From a virus (taxonomy: Duplodnaviria; Caudoviricetes), in the IMG/VR virus record IMGVR_UViG_3300028275_000007: DNA of 64,000 nucleotides, one strand, 5' to 3'. The position numbers were made by a program, and so were the translations under genes. Within the stretch, counting starts at the first letter, position 1. The number at the start of each line of letters is the position of its first letter. Under the pieces are notes generated by a model. It did not search any database. It saw only the letters and a list, made by a program, of their open reading frames with translations, and was not told the DNA's origin. Shown piece after piece: positions 33,857 through 41,972 of the stretch.

Positions 33857-34593
33857 TGTTCTTCCTGAGTTTTTTCTCTGCTGCCTTTAGAATAATTAGC
33901 CTTATTTTTTTGTGCTACCCAATGACGCATATATTGAGCTAATTCAGTATACATAAACGGCATCAAATGATCCTTAGATGTTTTTAAATGATTAGCTTTT
34001 GCACCTGAATTTTTTATAGCCGACCACCATACGGATGTTTCCATATATCTAGGTGTATCTAACATTTTTAGTGTTGTATGATATTCTCTATAGTAATCGA
34101 TAACAGATTTTGATTCTTTCATTTTTAGATTTAATCCAAAAAATCCTGTTTCTGCTTCTTTATCACGACCTTTTCCTCCTGCAGGAACATCAACAGCTAA
34201 TGTGTCTTCTGGAATTAAAGAATTCAAATATTCAATGGTAACATAATTATGAGTTATTACATCACTGTCTAACCATATAAACACATCGGAATCAAAAGTT
34301 TCAAGAGCTGTTAAAACTACGTGTCCTTTTAGCCAAAATGTTTTCTTAGATAATACTTTGTCATTTGTTGTTGACGAAAACATTAATTGTTTAAAGTTTT
34401 CAAATCTAGGATTTATTTTATTAAAATCTTTAATTATTAATCTAGGGTCTGTTATGTCGGGTTCAAAATTTTCTGCCCATAATTCGATTGAAACCTCTTT
34501 AGGCCAATATTTCAAAAAGGATTGAATACATTCCTTACCGATAAGGTCATAGTAAGGTTTATGTTGTGTAGTCACTACTCTAAAAGATCGCAT
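33853..34593 (-). CDS. GT-A transferase paralog
   Basis: VVTT; FWLKG; WLDSD; AETGF; YMRHW. Confidence 0.7.
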   Translation of the reverse strand: MRSFRVVTTQHKPYYDLIGKECIQSFLKYWPKEVSIELWAENFEPDITDPRLIIKDFNKINPRFENFKQLMFSSTTNDKVLSKKTFWLKGHVVLTALETFDSDVFIWLDSDVITHNYVTIEYLNSLIPEDTLAVDVPAGGKGRDKEAETGFFGLNLKMKESKSVIDYYREYHTTLKMLDTPRYMETSVWWSAIKNSGAKANHLKTSKDHLMPFMYTELAQYMRHWVAQKNKANYSKGSREKTQEEQ

Positions 34594-34641
34594 TGTAGTC
34601 CAATTCTATTAACTGCTCATATTTAGTCGATAAATATTTCT

Positions 34642-35499
34642 ATGAAAATATTACTTACAGGCCATAGAGGATTTATTGGTAGCCATTATTATAATTTAAT
34701 TAAAGATAAACACGAAACCGTAGTATTTGATAAAAGAGAAGGCCAAGACCTTTGTTTACCAGACATAACAAATTCTTCTCCAAATTGTGATGTCGTTGTT
34801 CATATGGCCGCGACCAATGGAACCAAACTGTTCTACGAAAAACCAACTGAAGTTGCATTTAATAATACTTTACCAACATTTAATTTAATTAATAGATATA
34901 AAGGTACAGATACTAAATTTGTTTTTACAAGCACTTGTGAAATTTTTAATGGTGCTATTGATAAAGGACTATATCCAGTTCCCACTGATGAATCAGTTCC
35001 TGTGATGTTTGAAGATGTGATCAATCCTCGCTGGAGCTATAGTTTACCAAAAGCACTAGGAGAAAACTTAGTTGCTAATTCTGGATTAGATTGGTTAATT
35101 ATTAGATACTTTAATATCTACGGTCCTGGTCAGGTAGATCATTTCATCAGCGAATTTGTTGAACGTGTTGCCAAAGGTGAGTATTATATCAAAGGCAATG
35201 ATACAAGAAGTTTTTGTTATATCGACGATGCTGTTGAAATAACTCATAGACTAGTGACAAATAATAAAAATTATATAGTTAACGTAGGCAGACAAGAAGA
35301 AAATGAAATTGCTGAAGTAGCAAGAATTATTTTAGACATAATGGGAGTAGATCCGGAGAAATTAGAAATACTTCCAGGTCCAAAAGGTAGTGCAAAAAGA
35401 CGTTGCCCCGATACTACCCTGATGAAAAAATTAACCGGATTTACAGAATATACATCATTGAAAGACGGATTAAAGAAAACTGTTGAGAGCTTAATATGA
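34642..35499 (+). CDS. NAD-dependent epimerase/dehydratase (extended SDR)
   Basis: TGHRGFIG; YSLPK (YxxxK); RYFNIYGP; RSFCYIDD. Confidence 0.9.
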   Translation: MKILLTGHRGFIGSHYYNLIKDKHETVVFDKREGQDLCLPDITNSSPNCDVVVHMAATNGTKLFYEKPTEVAFNNTLPTFNLINRYKGTDTKFVFTSTCEIFNGAIDKGLYPVPTDESVPVMFEDVINPRWSYSLPKALGENLVANSGLDWLIIRYFNIYGPGQVDHFISEFVERVAKGEYYIKGNDTRSFCYIDDAVEITHRLVTNNKNYIVNVGRQEENEIAEVARIILDIMGVDPEKLEILPGPKGSAKRRCPDTTLMKKLTGFTEYTSLKDGLKKTVESLI

Positions 35500-36290
35500 A
35501 AATAGGAATTATTGGTTGGGGAGCAGTAGGTAGTGCTGTTGGTGAAGGATTTAAGATGTTAGGACACGATGTAACTAAACACGATCCTAAATTTAATACA
35601 ACTATCGATAGTGTATTGGATACTGAAATTGTATTTGTTTGTGTGCCAACACCGTCGGGTGAAAATGGCGAATGCGATTTGTCAATTGTGCATCAAACAA
35701 TATCTAATTTAAAAAATTTAAAATATCAGGGTGTGATCGCTCTTAAATCAACATCGGTGCCAGGAACCACACAATCTATAATTGAAAAATATAATGATAA
35801 AGATATTTGCTTTGTTCCTGAATTTTTAAGAGAACGATCTGCCCTAGAAGATTTTGTAAGAAATCACGATGTACTAGCAGTAGGATGTTATACAGACAGG
35901 TCCTGGCACAAGGTCTGTGAAGCACATTCTTGGCTTCCTAAGAATACAGTTAGAATGACGCCCACTGAAGCAGAGATATTAAAGTATTATTCAAACACTT
36001 TTAATGCTTTGCGAGTAGTATTTGCAAACGTTATGTACGAAGTCTGTGATAAACTAAATTCAGACTACGACAAAGTATTAGAAACTTTTTTATTAAGAAA
36101 AACATCAAGTCCTGATTATCTTAGCTGCGGACCAGAAATGCGAGGGTATGGAGGAATGTGTTTGCCTAAAGACACAAAAGCAATGGCAGACCTATGCAAA
36201 CAATTAGATCTACCATTTGATTTATTTAAAACTATGGATCACGATAATAACCAGGTTAAGAAAACTGTATTTCCTGGTATGAGGTTTTAA
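35496..36290 (+). CDS. UDP-glucose/GDP-mannose dehydrogenase-like (no C-terminal domain)
   Basis: GIIGWGAVG; KSTSVPG; PEFLRE; KYYSN; GYGGMCLPKD; 264 aa. Confidence 0.85.
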   Translation: MKIGIIGWGAVGSAVGEGFKMLGHDVTKHDPKFNTTIDSVLDTEIVFVCVPTPSGENGECDLSIVHQTISNLKNLKYQGVIALKSTSVPGTTQSIIEKYNDKDICFVPEFLRERSALEDFVRNHDVLAVGCYTDRSWHKVCEAHSWLPKNTVRMTPTEAEILKYYSNTFNALRVVFANVMYEVCDKLNSDYDKVLETFLLRKTSSPDYLSCGPEMRGYGGMCLPKDTKAMADLCKQLDLPFDLFKTMDHDNNQVKKTVFPGMRF

Positions 36291-36742
36291 AGAGTAGCGT
36301 CTTCTAAACCAGCTACACGTAGTTTAACAATGTTGCTTAGATGCCATTGTTTTTGATCTAATGCTTTGATAATACCCAACCACTTATTTCTAAGTAGGGC
36401 AAAGTCATTGATAATTTTTTCAAAGTCTACAACGTCGGCCTCGCCCTCTACAAATTTTTCACAATCTCTAGAGGAGAGGCTACGTTGATAGTTTTCAAGA
36501 TACTTACGAAAATGTTGACTACGAAGCCGACGAAGTTCAATGTTTAGGTATTCTAAAATTGCTTCAATTTCTTGAAGTTGATTAAATCGATTTTCAACAA
36601 TGCCGGGCATCTGCGCAGACGCTTTCTCGATGTTCCCCGCTATACGGGCATCTTGTTTTGCCTCAGTTAATTGGGCTTCATAATAAGCCACAGCATCTGG
36701 AATATTTGAAATATCCTTTGAAACTCGATCATACCAATTCAT
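36287..36742 (-). CDS. uvsY: UvsY recombination mediator
   Basis: 151 aa helical protein; LSSRDCEKFVEGE..V; IIKALDQKQWHLSNIVKLR; next to uvsX. Confidence 0.8.
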   Translation of the reverse strand: MNWYDRVSKDISNIPDAVAYYEAQLTEAKQDARIAGNIEKASAQMPGIVENRFNQLQEIEAILEYLNIELRRLRSQHFRKYLENYQRSLSSRDCEKFVEGEADVVDFEKIINDFALLRNKWLGIIKALDQKQWHLSNIVKLRVAGLEDATL

Positions 36743-36988
36743 TTATTCCTCGTCGTCATCGTAACCGTAATTTTCTTCCTCATCACTTTCAATCTCCTCA
36801 CCATCGATAACATATTCTATAGCATTATCTAGGTAAGGGTCAACCCCTAATAGACTATCTAAAGTTGATTCTTTAATACCATAGTCCATTAAAGTGTTGA
36901 CAAAGTCTGCTGCCACATTGGCACGTTGTTTTTCTGGAATTACCTCAACAACAACAGACCAAAGATCTGCAATTAAGTCTTCTTTCAT
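36743..36988 (-). CDS. hypothetical acidic protein
   Basis: 81 aa between uvsX and uvsY. Confidence 0.7.
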   Translation of the reverse strand: MKEDLIADLWSVVVEVIPEKQRANVAADFVNTLMDYGIKESTLDSLLGVDPYLDNAIEYVIDGEEIESDEEENYGYDDDEE

Positions 36989-38064
36989 TATACGCTCTCC
37001 GTTTCAGGTTCGACATTAGTAGTTATCTCAGAAACGGAATTTTCACCATGTTTTGAAATGTCAGACATAATAGCATCTAAGCCACCATTTTCATTTCTTT
37101 CCCAGGCTTTGCGGAACTGTTTGATGATTTCACCATCTTTAGTTGTGTAAACAAGACTGTTACCTTCTTTCTTTAGAAGACCTTTTTCTTCTGCCAGATC
37201 TACCAGTCCACTATATGGATTCATACCTGTTTCATAAGGAATCTTCACTTGTACACTTTCAAATGGTTTAGCATAACGAGTTTTCATAATCTTACAAGCG
37301 GCACGAATACCCTTAACTTCTGAAATCTTGTTACCATCTTCATCTTCTTTTAACTTTAACTTACGCATAGCAACTACAATAGAGCTAGCGTAGATAAAGC
37401 CCTGACCACCTGAAATCTTGTCATCTGGATCAAACATATCTTGTGAAGCGTATGTGTGATTAGTTGCAACCAGGCCAATGTTAAGTGATCCAAACATATT
37501 AACACAGTTACGAACAAGTGCTGTCAATGCCTTAGGCTTACGACCCATATCGCCTTTCAAATCACCTGCTTCAAACTGATTAACATCTGTTGGAGTAAGC
37601 AACATACCTAAAGAGTCAAGGATAAACAATACTTTAGGACGAGTATCCTCTGGCATTGTTTTATATTCAGCAACAAATTCTGTAATGGTCTTTGCTACAT
37701 CATCGATCATTGCCATATTAAGTTTTAGCAACTTATCTTCTGAAGTATCGACGCCTAATGCCTTGAGCCAATCTTCGTCAAGAGCATTTTCTGTATCGAT
37801 CAAGATAGGATAAATTCCCTGTGCCTGTGCTGCCTTGATAAGGTTACCGGAACAGATATATGATTTACCTGCACCTGATTCACCGGCAAATACAGTCACT
37901 TTTCCCAACGGAACCCCTTTATGGAAATCGCCGCTGATCAAATAGTTTAAGGCAAAATTGCCTGTGCTGACCCAATCAGTAGGGTCGTTAAAGCCAATAC
38001 TAAGACCGTCAATAGACTTAGTAATTGACTTTCTAAATTTAGAAATATCAAATGCTTTTGCCAT
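36988..38064 (-). CDS. uvsX: UvsX RecA-like recombinase
   Basis: FAGESGAGKS; DTENAL; ILDSLG; NHTY; SGGQG. Confidence 0.92.
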   Translation of the reverse strand: MAKAFDISKFRKSITKSIDGLSIGFNDPTDWVSTGNFALNYLISGDFHKGVPLGKVTVFAGESGAGKSYICSGNLIKAAQAQGIYPILIDTENALDEDWLKALGVDTSEDKLLKLNMAMIDDVAKTITEFVAEYKTMPEDTRPKVLFILDSLGMLLTPTDVNQFEAGDLKGDMGRKPKALTALVRNCVNMFGSLNIGLVATNHTYASQDMFDPDDKISGGQGFIYASSIVVAMRKLKLKEDEDGNKISEVKGIRAACKIMKTRYAKPFESVQVKIPYETGMNPYSGLVDLAEEKGLLKKEGNSLVYTTKDGEIIKQFRKAWERNENGGLDAIMSDISKHGENSVSEITTNVEPETESV

Positions 38065-38066
38065 AA

Positions 38067-38255
38067 TTATTGATCCAATGGTAGTTTATTCCACTCTTTA
38101 ATTAGAGTGATTACTTCTTCTTCTGTGTTGCAAAGGGTCTTGGTATTTGCCCAATCTTCTTTTTTATTTCTGCCGCCAATTTCAACCATCCAACCGTTGT
38201 CGTAACGATTGATAGTAATTGACTCATTTACTTTTGTTAGTTTGTCTAGTTTCAT
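38067..38255 (-). CDS. hypothetical protein
   Basis: AGGAG RBS; 62 aa. Confidence 0.7.
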   Translation of the reverse strand: MKLDKLTKVNESITINRYDNGWMVEIGGRNKKEDWANTKTLCNTEEEVITLIKEWNKLPLDQ

Positions 38256-38323
38256 TATTATCTCCTAAATAGTGAAGAGAGCCCGGGCGTATGACTAAGT
38301 CACAGTGGCCCGAGCCGTGTTGA

Positions 38324-39334
38324 TTATTGCTTTTGACGATTACGAATCATTGCCAAGATGTCTTGAGCACGTGATGCGTTTTCACCGCCGGCTGCTGGAG
38401 CAGGTGCTGCCTTTGGAGCAGGTGCTTCTGCAGGAGCAGAATCTTCCCAAGGAAGATCTTCTTCACTAGATGTTTGAGGAGCAGGTGCGCTAACGCGAGC
38501 TGCCGGAGCGGCTGCTTTGTTAGGATCACCAGTTGCTTGACCCATACCTGCTGGTTTGAAGTATTGTCCCCAACGGTCCATATCATATGCTTCACCGTCA
38601 ACTGACGCTTCAAACATTTCTTTCATAACCTTGAGTTCAACGTCTGTCGGCTTCTTAGGTAGGAAGTCTGATAGATTAAACAAACCAAATTGTTCAATCG
38701 CTGCCTTATCTGCATCAGAAATTGAACGTTCACGACGGCTCCACTTTGAAGTAGAGTAGTCAGCAAATCCGCCTTTGCTGGTTTTAGCAATACGGAAATC
38801 TACACCACGGAGGTAGTCAGTTGGCAATTCTTCCAACTCAGGGTCCATAAGAGCAGATTTAATAGTTTGGAAAATCTGAGGACCGATAATGAATCTACGA
38901 ATCGGATTGTCTGGTGTATTATCTTCTTTGAGTGCATCTTCAACTACAAAGCCTTGGAAAATGTATGAACGCTTCTTCCAATATTTACGACCCATTTCTT
39001 CTAGTGATTTGTCTTTAAACCAACCACGCACTTCAGATAGAATAGGACAAACTGAACCATCGTTGTACATTTCAACACAGGGAACCTGTACTTGAACTGG
39101 ACGTGAATCTGTTTCACCTTTAATACCTGCAAATGGGAGTTTGATCATTGCACGCTCTACCCAAAAGAAAGTGTTGTTTGGGTTACCGTCTGGTAGAAAA
39201 CGTACTACGGCTTCTTTACCTTCCTGCATATTCCAGTGTGGGTAAATTGCGTTATCGCCGCCGCCTGTTGATTGTCCTGTGGACTTGCCTTGTGCTTCTT
39301 GAAGTTTTGCACGAATTTCTGCTAATGTTGCCAT
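38324..39334 (-). CDS. gp32: single-stranded DNA-binding protein (gp32)
   Basis: AVVRFLP; CPIL; KKRSY; DFRIAK; YSTSKW; low-complexity/acidic tail. Confidence 0.9.
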   Translation of the reverse strand: MATLAEIRAKLQEAQGKSTGQSTGGGDNAIYPHWNMQEGKEAVVRFLPDGNPNNTFFWVERAMIKLPFAGIKGETDSRPVQVQVPCVEMYNDGSVCPILSEVRGWFKDKSLEEMGRKYWKKRSYIFQGFVVEDALKEDNTPDNPIRRFIIGPQIFQTIKSALMDPELEELPTDYLRGVDFRIAKTSKGGFADYSTSKWSRRERSISDADKAAIEQFGLFNLSDFLPKKPTDVELKVMKEMFEASVDGEAYDMDRWGQYFKPAGMGQATGDPNKAAAPAARVSAPAPQTSSEEDLPWEDSAPAEAPAPKAAPAPAAGGENASRAQDILAMIRNRQKQ

Positions 39335-39391
39335 TTTATAGCCTCCTTATGCCTTTAATGTAAATGACTTTATGCCTATCGCATAACAACT

Positions 39392-39420
39392 ATTATGCGC
39401 TTTTTATTTAGCAAAGTCAA
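39392..39420 (-). promoter_or_regulatory. sigma70 promoter of gp32 with a nested late box
   Basis: TTGACT-N17-CATAAT; TAAATA at 39405-39410 inside the spacer. Confidence 0.75.
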
Positions 39421-39445
39421 AGGGTTTTTAAGATTTTATTTCACC

Positions 39446-39473
39446 AAAAAAAATCCACTCTATGAGTGGATTT
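39446..39473 (-). terminator. Rho-independent terminator
   Basis: AAATCCACTC/GAGTGGATTT stem with a T run on the minus strand. Confidence 0.7.
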
Positions 39474-39858
39474 GGTGATAACGAATCATAGCCGCTGTTC
39501 TTGCTAAAAATAGTTTCCACCGTATTTCTTCAGTAATTAACCCGTCCGGATCATCTGGTGTTGGGTCTGTTTGAATTCTTTGAAGATCGCGTCGACGATA
39601 AGATGTAATAATATCGTCAACTTCTATAATATCATATTCTTTATCGTCTGCAAATAAAGTAATTTTATGAGGATTACCTGTAAAAATTTTATTCTTGGGT
39701 AATCTTAGGGATTTTACAAGGACTGGTCCTTTTTTGGTCGCAGTCTTCGCTGACGATTCTGTAATGGTATGATTCCCAAAGAGGTTTTTCTGAGCCATAC
39801 TTACTTGGCTTATCCCAATTGTAATCATCGCAGTAAGAATCACTGCTAACCTTTTCAT
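39460..39858 (-). CDS. secreted hypothetical protein
   Basis: Signal-peptide-like MKRLAVILTAMITIGISQVSMA; GAGGA RBS. Confidence 0.7.
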   Translation of the reverse strand: MKRLAVILTAMITIGISQVSMAQKNLFGNHTITESSAKTATKKGPVLVKSLRLPKNKIFTGNPHKITLFADDKEYDIIEVDDIITSYRRRDLQRIQTDPTPDDPDGLITEEIRWKLFLARTAAMIRYHQIHS

Positions 39859-39876
39859 TTCTAGTCCTCATTAACA

Positions 39877-40173
39877 TTATTGACAAGTCCTTGTAATTGT
39901 CACGCTACCGTCTGGATTGCGTATTTCAGTCCAAGGACCACATACTTGTTGTTGCGTATAAACGGGCGGTTGTTGAATAACCGTTGGCGGTTGTTGAACA
40001 ACTACAGGGCGAGTTGCGGCATATACTACAGCACCTCCAACAACAGCTGGAACTACCCAATTCCAACTACCCCTATGATGCATATGGTGTCCACCATGAT
40101 GTCCGTGGTATGGACCTGCTTGCGCACCAAAAGCAGATAAACCAATTAAACCTGCAATTAAGAGTTTTTTCAT
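39877..40173 (-). CDS. secreted His/Pro/Gln-rich small protein
   Basis: MKKLLIAGLIGLSAFGAQA signal; GGAGG RBS; two C-terminal Cys. Confidence 0.8.
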   Translation of the reverse strand: MKKLLIAGLIGLSAFGAQAGPYHGHHGGHHMHHRGSWNWVVPAVVGGAVVYAATRPVVVQQPPTVIQQPPVYTQQQVCGPWTEIRNPDGSVTITRTCQ

Positions 40174-40187
40174 AAAACCCTCCTTGA

Positions 40188-40225
40188 TATTATAATAACG
40201 CCCCAGTGCCAACTTTCGTTGACAA
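40188..40225 (-). promoter_or_regulatory. ECF-sigma-like promoter, copy 1
   Basis: TTGTCAAC-N17-CGTTATTATAATA. Confidence 0.6.
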
Positions 40226-40238
40226 GGGGCAATTAAAA

Positions 40239-40412
40239 TTACTTCTTAGCTTCTTCTTTCTTAGCAGGAGCTTTTGGAGCTTCCTTAGCAGCAGGTGCTG
40301 GCGCAGATGCAGCTGGTTTGGCTTCTGCTTTCTTTTCTTCTTTCTTAGGTGCATCAGCAGCGAAAGCGGATACTGCAAATAATGATGCTACTAAAGTTGC
40401 TACTAGTTTCAT
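40239..40412 (-). CDS. secreted Ala/Lys/Pro-rich peptide (57 aa, acid-shock-protein-like; not in ORF track)
   Basis: MKLVATLVASLFAVSAFA-ADAPKKEEKKAEAKPAASAP; AAGGA RBS. Confidence 0.8.
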   Translation of the reverse strand: MKLVATLVASLFAVSAFAADAPKKEEKKAEAKPAASAPAPAAKEAPKAPAKKEEAKK

Positions 40413-40458
40413 AGTAATTTCCTTTTTTTAGGTTAAACACAGAAAAACCTTCCCTGTG

Positions 40459-40496
40459 TATTATATTAACGTTCTAGCATACAAAAAAGTTGACAA
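40459..40496 (-). promoter_or_regulatory. ECF-sigma-like promoter, copy 2
   Basis: TTGTCAAC-N17-CGTTAATATAATA. Confidence 0.6.
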
Positions 40497-40507
40497 ATAT
40501 TTTATCC

Positions 40508-40536
40508 AAAAAAAAAGGCTCCTAAGAGCCTTTTTT
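40508..40536. terminator. bidirectional Rho-independent terminator
   Basis: A9-GGCTC-ctaa-GAGCC-T6. Confidence 0.85.
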
Positions 40537-40542
40537 GAATTA

Positions 40543-41958
40543 TTATTTTATCCAGGCATATAAGTGATATTGTCGGTTAGTACCGCCCCATGTACCTTCG
40601 TCAAGACCTGTAGAACCCCAACCTGTGTTTACGCTAGTTGGGCTTGAAGCATCGATTGGTCCCCATCCAGCGTAGTTCCAAATATCGCTAGAAGATGTCC
40701 ACTTAAATCCTCCGGTATTATAACTATTTCTAAATGTGTATCCGTCTACTTCGTCTGAGCCACCGTTATTGTGTCCGTACTGCATTTCGCCAATTAGTGT
40801 ACCGAATCTATAGTTTGGATAGTTTACATCATTTTGAGTACGTATATTGTTTACAAGGTTGAGATCAACTCCCCAATAATTACCTCGATCTTTGGTTGCT
40901 CTTAACCATGCTCGTAATTCAGAATTTAATCCAACTGCATATTTAAAATTAGCAAATGCTGGAGTTGTATAGCTAGCATCATTATCTGAATTTAAATATA
41001 GGTACGTTACGTTATTAACAATCGCAGCCGGTAATGCATACATAAACATAGCTGTTGTGCTGGTTAATGTATAGGTTGTACCAGAGTTGCCTGGATCTGA
41101 AATGGTTAAGCTACCACTCATAGGATCTCTGTAATGATACCAAAGCATATAGCCTGCACCGTTCATACTACAGTACATTCTTCTTGCCTGGCTAGTATCT
41201 GTGGTGTTGCCTTTAATCCAGTACCAATTAGATGCACCAGCACCTTGATAAGTAGCACTAAGATTATAAATTGTTTGTGCGTTGGTTGCTGCCAGCGCCT
41301 GTGATGAACCGTCTGCCCAACGTTTAACAATATTAAAAGTTTGAGGAGTTCCGTTGCTTCTAGAATCAGTTGCAGTTATCTGAACAGTACTATTTGTATC
41401 TGGTAATCCAAAAGAATATCCTGTGGCCGTTGGTGTGCCTGTGATTAATCCAGATGACGATAAACTAGTTCCTGTTGGCAAAGATCCAGAAGTCACTGCA
41501 TAAGTAACTGCTTCTCCTTCGCTGTCAGTAGCACTTAATTGAATAGACGTAGAAGAATCCGCTGCATAAAATGTAGGCAATGTAGGGTTCGTTACCCACA
41601 TAGGTGCAGTTCCGTAGTTTGTTGCTATCCCTGGGGGTGCAGTGGTTCTATTTGTAACTCCATAGATAACAGCATTTACATCACTAGATGACGATCTAAC
41701 GACCACGCTTTTGCCAGGTGATACCATTATACTTTGTTTTTCTAAAGTAGTTTTTGGATCTATTGGTTGGTCATAAACAATAAATTCACCGGCGGCTGGT
41801 GAGGTTGCACTTGTGCTAATAGCAACTCTTACGTTGGCTATGGTGCTTCCTCTATTACACAAATTGATAATAACGACACTAGGAGTATCGTAGGCATTTG
41901 TGTAAATTGCCTGATTAATATTTGGAAGTAAGGTCCAAGTTCCTAAAATACCGTTCAT
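40543..41958 (-). CDS. putative virion protein with Ig-like domain
   Basis: YAVTSGSLPTGTSLSSSGLITGTP (putative Ig); Thr/Ser/Gly-rich; AAGGA RBS. Confidence 0.7.
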   Translation of the reverse strand: MNGILGTWTLLPNINQAIYTNAYDTPSVVIINLCNRGSTIANVRVAISTSATSPAAGEFIVYDQPIDPKTTLEKQSIMVSPGKSVVVRSSSSDVNAVIYGVTNRTTAPPGIATNYGTAPMWVTNPTLPTFYAADSSTSIQLSATDSEGEAVTYAVTSGSLPTGTSLSSSGLITGTPTATGYSFGLPDTNSTVQITATDSRSNGTPQTFNIVKRWADGSSQALAATNAQTIYNLSATYQGAGASNWYWIKGNTTDTSQARRMYCSMNGAGYMLWYHYRDPMSGSLTISDPGNSGTTYTLTSTTAMFMYALPAAIVNNVTYLYLNSDNDASYTTPAFANFKYAVGLNSELRAWLRATKDRGNYWGVDLNLVNNIRTQNDVNYPNYRFGTLIGEMQYGHNNGGSDEVDGYTFRNSYNTGGFKWTSSSDIWNYAGWGPIDASSPTSVNTGWGSTGLDEGTWGGTNRQYHLYAWIK

Positions 41959-41972
41959 TGATTATCCTTCTA

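Noticed and set aside
40218-40496. GTTGACAA at 40218 and 40489 as plus-strand sigma70 -35 boxes
   Set aside because: No -10 at 17 bp and no plus-strand gene downstream; the conserved partner motif lies on the minus strand.
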